A stretch of 61,090 nt of DNA, the filler included. It is 8 parts of 8 records of this genome, joined end to end, with 100 filler letters (N's around TTAATTAATTAA, not from the genome) between each part and the next. Parts side by side here need not be neighbours in the genome. Positions count along the whole stretch, not along the records: positions 18,499 to 34,283 come from SRR15195285_39; 7 more parts are not named here. The stretch is one strand, 5' to 3'. Below the pieces are notes generated by a model. It worked only from the letters and a program-made list of their open reading frames with translations, did no database searches and was not told the origin of the DNA. Positions 22,701-31,700 of the stretch are shown piece by piece (position 1 is the stretch's first letter; every line of letters starts with the position of its first letter). Made by a program: the position numbers and the translations under genes.

Positions 22701-25700
22701 TCGAGGATGATACCATCTTGCATCCATCGCCCAGAAACAGGATTCCAGTAACTGCACGCTACTTCAGGTGCAAGATCGCAAGTGAAGGTGGACGGTACGG
22801 AGTCCACAAGTGACGCATTCGAGGTGTTCGAGGTGTTCAAAGCGTTCAAATTCATCGATATAGCAGCAGCTTCAGCAGCAGCCTCGCGGACTTCTAGAGG
22901 TACCCACTGATTCTTCGAGATTTCGCAAGCGCTTTGGTTGTTGGCTGTTGCCACCGGTCTGCCATCCACATGTTGACACACCCCTGCCCGTGGGGTGGTC
23001 CAATGGTTACCGTTTTGACATTCCGCTTCGTCAGAAAGCAGGCGTTCAGGCACCGCGTTCCGACCGGACAGGGTCTGACATGTGTATTCAGGGCGATGCC
23101 ATTCATGCAACGTAGAGAGGCAGACTGTCCGAGGAACACATGCCGTACCACGTGGCGTGTACTCACACGTTCCTCCACCTGCAGAAAGTGCCGTTGCTTC
23201 GCACGAAACCCTGCGGTCGGAGGCATCGCGCCCAGAAAAATCTACGCCATTAATGGTTGTAGCAGCACACGCCGCTTTGTCTGCTTCGGAACTGCCACGC
23301 GGAGCGATGCAGCTATCAGCATGCTCGCACCGGTTGAAATTATCAAGGCCAAGCGACCCGCAATTGTCGGCGTGATGAGCGGCTCCTTTCTGTGCACAGT
23401 CAGTTGCATCCATTATGGGACCGTACCGGGGCCCAGGATCTTGTCCCATTCCAGACAAGACCAACTGACTGGATGTTTCCAGGCACACGAAGGCTGAAGG
23501 ATCAGGGTTGATAACCCATCGTTTGCCACCAGTGCAGTTCGTTTCATCAGTTGGAGGCGGCGCTGGGCTCTCGGTCAAAGGCGAACAAAGTTTGTCGATG
23601 GCTGGATACCAAGTGTGACCGGTTGTTAAGCAGTCTGTCTCATTTCGAGCCTGAACAGGTTCCATCATAGGTCCCAGGCAGTCTCGGGCGTGAGTACACT
23701 CTGAGCTGCACGACAAGTCACAAAACCCGGCGAGTGGGCAACCAATACAGAAGTGTTTGTCACAATTATACCGCCCCTTGTCAAGCAAATCAGCGCACGC
23801 GCCATCGTAATGTGCAACATCGTACGTATTGATGCACTTTGCGTTCCTACATGTGTCTGGCACTCGGTAATATTCAGTTGGGTGCAGGGATATGTTTACG
23901 ATGACCGGCTCGGGAAGATTTCTAAGAATGACCTCATTTCCGTCCAAGAACAAGCTGAAGCTCACTATCTGTGACCGTAGTGCAACTGTCTCGCCTACAC
24001 CCTCATCTGCCGGTTTGACGCCACCAAACGCGAACGGATTGAAACCATCAGACCATATGATTGCTTGAGAAACGAGCGAGTCATCTTGGCTTTGGGATAA
24101 AGTTCTGTTCATCCACTGCGATTCATTTAGGTGCGTGATGTCCATGGCTGGCATAGTCACTAGTCCGTTGGCTAGTTTTGTCCCATTACTTCCTGTTGTC
24201 CGAAACTTTTGAGTTTCCATCACGAACTTTGTCACGGCAAGGACTTCCGGAGGCTCCCCAGGTACCAATCGGGCAGCTACACCAGCACTCACTTTGTTCA
24301 GTACGCCCACCAGCCGTGGAACTCTAGCAGCCGATGGAAATACAGGCCCATGGTCCAAGGCTATGAAGATGTTGTCTGCAGCGGATGCAATGGAAACGGC
24401 AGTCTCTGCCTCAAGAGCAGTCGTCTGGGTTACCAACCCGAGCAAGCTGATTACGGAATCCATACACTTCAGTGATACTTGGTCTGTCACCGCTGTCACA
24501 ACTGCTGCACTGGAGGCAAAAACTGAGAGAGCACTTTGTCTCTCTGATGCGTTCAGGTCCTGTGTTGCCAACATACTGGTGAGCAAGTACTCAGACAGCT
24601 GCTGTCTAGCCTCTACTGCACCTGTGTGCTCAACAGTTCCATTTTGCATGTGGCTAGCATTCATGTTCAGCATGAAAGCCATGACTCCAACTGCCGATGC
24701 AACTTGTGTACCGTTCTCCAACTGTGACAACTTCGTTTCAAACTCTTCGACAAAAGAGCCAGCTGGATACCACGGGTGAACGTCGACAACAGTTGTGTGT
24801 GTCGTTTGCGCACCGTAAAGGTCAGTTACCAGAACAACGAGGTCCTGGAGGTAGGTATCGTTGACTCCACGGGTCCCCTCGGGAAGAAATGTAGCAAACG
24901 TAGCATTGTTGGTCGGTCTGTTCATCCACGACGTTGGCTGTGATGCATTTCGTGATAATCCAAAAGTGTATGTTAGTGGTTGATCATCATCGACCCATCC
25001 GGTTGCTCGCACAACAAACGTATCTTCGATTGCAACCCCCACCCGGGGTGTTACAGATACCTCGCCGCCTCCAGGGCAATCGTTCACACCAAATCGCAAG
25101 TCCACGGATCCAGCGGTGTCCTTTACATCTCCAGGCCGACGAATGGTTGCAGTCAGGCGCACTCGATACCACGAACGAGGTGTAAGCTGCCCTGCCGCCA
25201 CAATCAAGAACGGGTCAGAGACGCCTGTGTCCGGAGCCAGGAACGGCTGGTCCATCTGAAATCGACGATCGATTCGATCCTCGGAAGGACCGTCCCACGC
25301 TGCCCAGTCGAGCAACGCACCATCCTCCACGGACGCAGTCAATGCGAACCGAACCGAAGGATTGATCTTTGCCCTGTTTCCATCGATGGGCTGAATCTCT
25401 ACATATGGTGGGATCGTTCCGCTGCAGTCTAGATCTTGTGTAGCCCTAAAATATTCGACCGTGCATCTAACGCACTCTCCATGCCCTCGCAGCCACGTCC
25501 CATTTGATGCACGATACCCACCATCATTGACATAGCCGTCTACGCAGTAGCACTCCCGGACAGTGCCGACAGCCCTACGCCCTCGAGTCCAGGTGTTCGC
25601 CGGGCATGGTGCACAGACCACACTGCCCGGAGTGCCTGTGTAGGAATCTGAGACGCATTCTGAACAGGTATCATGAGGCGCGGCGATGGTCCCAATATAG

Positions 25701-28700
25701 CCTGTGTTGCAGTAGCACTGATCAACGCCAGTTGCCGCGTGGAGTGGTGACGCGTCCAATGGGCCTTTAGTATTCGCGTTGACTGGGCACTGCATGCAGG
25801 CGCCACTGCCGACCTCGTCTTTATATTTTCCGGGGGGGCAAGCCACACACGGACTAACTGACACGCTGGAATCATATCCAGCACTGACTGACCCAGAGTA
25901 TCCTCGGTTGCAAATGCAGGCACTGGATATGTTCACGCCACGTCTCGTGAGGGTACTGGAGTGGTCTGGGCATGCGTCGCATTCATCTGCTGAGCTCTGG
26001 GACTCTTTGTACTGGTCTGCTGGGCACTCTTCGCATTCGACCATCGCGTCGTTCAATTGGCTTTGCACCTGTTTGAATCCAGGATTGCATGCGCACACGG
26101 TTTTGTTGTCTGGCACTTTCGGCGGAACGTACCATGACTCCAGTGCCTGAGTACCCGGCCCGCACTCGATACAGTCCGCAGCGCCGTACTCGGCCTTGAA
26201 AAATCCAAAGCTGCACATTGAACATGTCGACGACGTTCCACTGATTTGGCCTGAATATCCAGGTTTGCACGAACAGTTGGTAATGTCCGTCGCGCCTATC
26301 ACGTGTATTTTCAGGTAGTCATCATGGTTCTGGGCGAACGGGACGTAGCCTGTGCCAGCGTTCGCCGGGCATGAAACACAAGGTGCATCACCAGCGGTGT
26401 CCTTATACATGCCAGGGCTGCACCTCATGCAGGCTTCTGACTCATTCAGGAACCGGACTTTTTCCAAGCCAGTCTCACATTTGCAATCATCCACACTCGT
26501 AGAGTAATAGGCTCCTGACGTCCCGGAGAAATCGGGGCATTCAATACAAGGCTGCAAAGGCTGCACAGAAACGAATGCTTTGTATGTGTTTGGGTCACAC
26601 GGAGCACACGTCCCATCGGAGGAGGAGACATCACCGAAAAATCCTGGGTTGCACTTGCAGTCGTCCACGCCATCGCTCTTGTCCTCGAGAGTAACTGAGT
26701 CAGCGGGACATCTATCGCACGGGTGCGGGCCAACGTTGCTCTTGTACCAGCCCGCTGCACAGGGAAAACATCGGGAGTTTGAACCAGTCAGTAAACCTGT
26801 GTACTGGACATACTGTGTTTCTCCGTCCGCTTCGATAGGGCTGCAAAACGCCGGGTACTCTGACCCAAGGGGTGTATGGCATGGAGCTGGCAACTCGCGC
26901 AACATCGTGGGGTCCATGGCATATTCGGTCTCTGACGGCCAGCTTCCTACAGAGATCACTTCACCGCCGAAGTAGCCTTGATTGCATCCGCAGTCTGACA
27001 TGGATCTCGCGTTGGAACTCGAATAGGAAGAATCTGGGCAGAGTAGGCAATCACCAGTGCCGTAAGAGGCCTTGTATTTGCCTTCTGGGCACGCCTCACA
27101 AATGACGGACCCGTTCACGAGCCCACCTACATATCCAGGGTCGCAGGAGCAATGTGTTCCATCTATCGCACCAATGGCGCCGCGTGTGCCAGAATTTGGT
27201 GGGCATCTAGTGCAGTCCATAGGCCCTGGCGTGGGCTTGTACGTGTCGGAGTCGCACTGCCTGCATGTGACACCTGGTATCGACATATTACCTTGATAGC
27301 CTATTGCACACAAACAGTCCCCTCGCATTGCGGAAGCGGTCGTGGCGGTGTCGGTGTCGGAAGACTCATCGAGACATGCCTCACAGTCGGCCCTGCCAAT
27401 GGTGCTCTTGAATGTACCCACCGCGCATGCTGTGCACATGGAATCGCTGGTTGTGAGCAATCCCTGCGGAAGCGGGCCTCGCGAGCTCTCTGCCGGGCTT
27501 CGCCCCCTAAATTCCTGGGTACCTTGCAACGCGCCCGGGCCGTAATACCCGGAATCACACAGGCATTGGCTGACGAGATAGGAAGCACTTTGTCCTCGGG
27601 TGTGAGAGTTGTCTGCACATCGATCGCACGCGCCGTCGCCGTAGACCTCCTTGTAGTGGTCGGGCGGACAGGCAGCACAGTTCCCGGCAACCCCATCCAT
27701 GTAATATCCAGGGGCGCACTGACAGCTGTGTATGGTAGCGGATCCGGTCTGTTTCGCCACCGCGTGACTACGGACTGGGAAATACACTCCATCGTCATTC
27801 GCAGACCCTATGATGCCTGCGCCCGAGGACCCGCCGTTCCTGGACGGGTTCAAATTCGCTGAAGAGCTTACAGTCTCGGAGTTTGCAGGGCACAGTGTAC
27901 AATTCTGACCTCCTAGCGCGGATTTGAAGTAGTCAATCGCGCATTGACTACAAACGATCGTGTGAATGCTCAGGTCGCCGGTCCAGCCCGCGTTGCACTT
28001 ACAGTCTCCACGAAGGCCTCGAGCATCGGAGGTGTCTGTTGTAGACTCCGCAGGGCAAGCTAGGCAACGATCTGAACCCGAGGTCTCTTTGTATTTGTCG
28101 GCCACGCACGCTATGCAGCCGGTTGTGGCGCTGCCTGTGTAGCCTGGGTCGCATAAGCACTGACTCACATCAGTTCTGTTTTCACGCCCGGCGGTGTTCG
28201 AATTGGCCGGACAAGGAGTGCAGCTAAAAGGCCCCTTAACATCCTTGTACATATCCGCTGGACAGGCTGTGCATATAGAATCGAGGTCCACTAGGGTACC
28301 TGTGTAACCTAGGTCACACAGACAGTCCGTCACTGACTCGGACGCAAGCTTACCGTTTGTGCCAGAGTGAGCTGTACAGGCCTCACAGCGCGCGCCACTG
28401 TTGCTGTCCTTGAACTCGTCTTCAAGACACATTCTACACTCTCCAATGCCACTTCGGATCTGTGGTGGCTTGCAAAACACTTGTACATGACACCCACCTG
28501 CAACGCTGCATCCGGCATCCGATGTCGTTCTCCCGTAAGCAACAGGGGATCCCATTCGCAGTGGATCTGATCCCGAATGCAGATCGGTAATGGTAGTGCC
28601 CGGTATATTACCCCAGGTGGAGAAGCCGCGCAAATTCGGTGGCTTTGATGGAATGTAGGCGCAGACATCTGGCGTTGGGCCCGTCAATTCACAGCTGCTC

Positions 28701-31700
28701 TGACTAATAGCGTCAACACAAAGCTTGCTCTGTTGGCCAGTGACACCAGTTCGCTTCCGCAGCTTGCTTGCTGGCATCCGACTAGGGGCCGCACCATCAT
28801 CCCACTTGACTGTGTACTCTGCACCAGAAGCATGCACCGCAGCTATCGAAGCGTTTTGCCATACTGCAGTCCATCTCCAACCCTCCACGAGGTTGCCTGC
28901 GACGAAAGACCCTGCGGGACTTCCTCGTGTATCCTGAATAGCCGTGCACCGAGCTCCACCCCAGGCGCACACACGGTTGCCGTCGGGCAAAACAGCTGAG
29001 CAGGCAGCTTCCGTAAGAGCGGCCTCACACACGACCTTGTGCCTTGCCACGCACGCCGCAGACATGTTGGTTTCTTGGGGTGTGATCAACTCGGTGTTGC
29101 CCATAAGTAGATCTGCCTGCGAAGCACAGCGCTTTAAAGGGTTGTGGCTGGTCTCGTTGTAGTCATTCACGTCACCAAACTCACAAAAGATTGGCGGCTG
29201 GTCACGCTGTGTCGAGCGACGTTGGCACACCACCCCTTCCGCAGGTTTGAACGTACCAACGTTAGTCGAGACGGCGGGGTAACCCATCCACTCTGCCATC
29301 AAGCCGTCAGAAACTGGGCTTGCAGTTGCTCGACGGATATCGGTGCTGCCCCGCCTCTTGACTCCCACGTTGATGACAGCCTGCTGTGCTGTCAGCGGGA
29401 ATGCCATGACCCGAAGCTCGCAAATCGTGATCGCGCGGCTTCCGGGTTGTGCCACGGTCACATACTTTCCACTGTGCCTGCAAGAAAGGGCATCAGGGAC
29501 AGCAAGGTTGTTGCCGAGCGTTCCGCACAAGACGCCGGTGCCGTAAGCCGCTGATGTGCTGACGTAGACTCGGGCACCGACAAGTTCAGCGTCGCAAAAC
29601 ACGTTGCAGTTTGTCCGGTGATATATCTCGATCGCATCAATGTCGTACACGGCTCCCAGATCGACCTGCCACCACTCGTTGGTACCAGCATTTGTGTGGC
29701 TGCAGCTGTCAGCTAGGAAGTCCGAGCTGTCAATTCCGTCAACGGCCCGGCTAGCAGCCCCACCAAGTGCGGTGGACGATTGCGATGCACTTTTGTCCAG
29801 CGCTACATTGACAAGCGCAGTGCTTCTGATTACCACCGCGTCTCTCAAATCAATCAGCTCTCCGCCGAACCTGCTTTCTGCAGCAACGAGCTGAGTCACC
29901 AGGCTGTCTATCGCCATACCACCAGAATTGGTGTACTCTGCCCAGGCGTCAGATTCTGTGAGTGTCCGGTCCCAGATCTGCACCCTCTGCATCATACCGA
30001 AAAAGTAATCAGAGTAGGCCCCGTTCGCATCAAGGCGTGCACCAATCACCAGCGGCTGCTGACTGTTCATTGCGCCGGTATCCAGACTCTGAAGGCTGTG
30101 AGAACCTGCAATTAGCCCGTCGTGAAATGCTACCATTCCCCCATCTGCCCTGATGGTAAACAGGATGTGGCTCCACCCATGGACGAGACCGTCCTGAGTT
30201 GCCGCGCTAGTGCCAACGAAAAGCGTCGAGGAACTGCAAGCGGCACTGTGCAGCACAGCAAAGCGTTTTTCGTCGCTGACACCACCGCCCCACGAAACCA
30301 GAGATCTCAAAGGCAAGTCTCCTTCAGTACAATGATCTGGTCTGAACCATACTGAGACGGTGCGCATACTGGAGCCAGTGGGAACTCGTGGTCGGACGGC
30401 ACTGATGCTTTCGGAGCCATCAAACATTAACGCGGGCTGAGCAAGACCTGTCGGGACCTCGCAAGTATGTACCGCCAGCCCTGACCACAGGTTCGCATAA
30501 CCCAGCACGGCAAATGCACAGGATGGTACGCACGAACCATCGCACTCAGCCATACCCACTACACCGCAAACTGGGTGGGGTTCGTTGTACCGTGCCCAGC
30601 AGCTCTCACCGAATATTGTCGCAGCCACAGCCTCCGGGCGTCTCGACTGCACTAGGTCAGCGCATTCACCTGCGGTGCCAACTACGCCAATCTGTTCGTC
30701 CAGTCTCGCCCCACCACGGCATGTGAAGCTGAAACCAAATCCACTTTGCGCGGTATGGCCGTTGGACTCAAACTGGATGAGCACGTCTGGCGTACTGCCA
30801 GAGCGAATCTCTGCCTCGTTCAGTTCTCCGTGTAGCACTTCGCCCAGAACGCTTGCTAAATTTGACGGCCCGTCGAACACTCGGACATAATCACCATCTG
30901 CCTGCGTCGATACAGAATTGATGCTAACGACGGGTTGACCAACGGCACAGCTGAGACGCCACTGACAGTCTAACCCATGTCCATAATTGCCACCGTGCGG
31001 TGGAAACTGCACTTCGCCATGATTGACAAGCGCGGCGGTTCCGGTATTGGCAGTCAAACACGGGTGCGGCGAAAGACAAGGTGTATCAACGACAGCATCA
31101 GCACAACACCGAACCCCTAGATTCTGTGAGACGTCGGTCTGACATATGCGACTTCCATCACCATTGCCCTGCATAGACACAGCACCGCCAGTGCATGGAG
31201 TGGATGTCCAGACTTGCTGCAGATCGAAGCAACCGGTTCCTGTCGCTTCATCAGCAACCAGCTCGTCCGCAGTGCAAAGCCGTGCGCCTTGGGCGTGACA
31301 GATAGCAGTAGCGTGCCCAATACCCTCTACAACCGATGAATCGGCACCAAAGCAGGCTGGAGGGTCGATATCGGTCTCGCCATTGTGCGTAAGCCTGCTC
31401 GCGGCGCAGATGGAGTCGCTCCCAAATCCAGGTGGCCATCCTAGAGCATCGCACGACTCCGCTGACGTACACGAACCGCTGTCGGTGGTGGCTGCTCCTG
31501 GCGCAAACGTACACGCATCGACCCGGCGACCGCTTGGAAGATTGTCATCAAGACCCGGACCATAGAGATGGCAGTGACCATCTGCAACTCTGTGATCATA
31601 GGCCAAACAGTCCCCATTAGCGTCACAAGCTGCCTCACAATCTGCTGCTCCGACCGCATTCAAGGCCCGACCATTCACCCGGTCGTCCTCGGTAGTCCCG

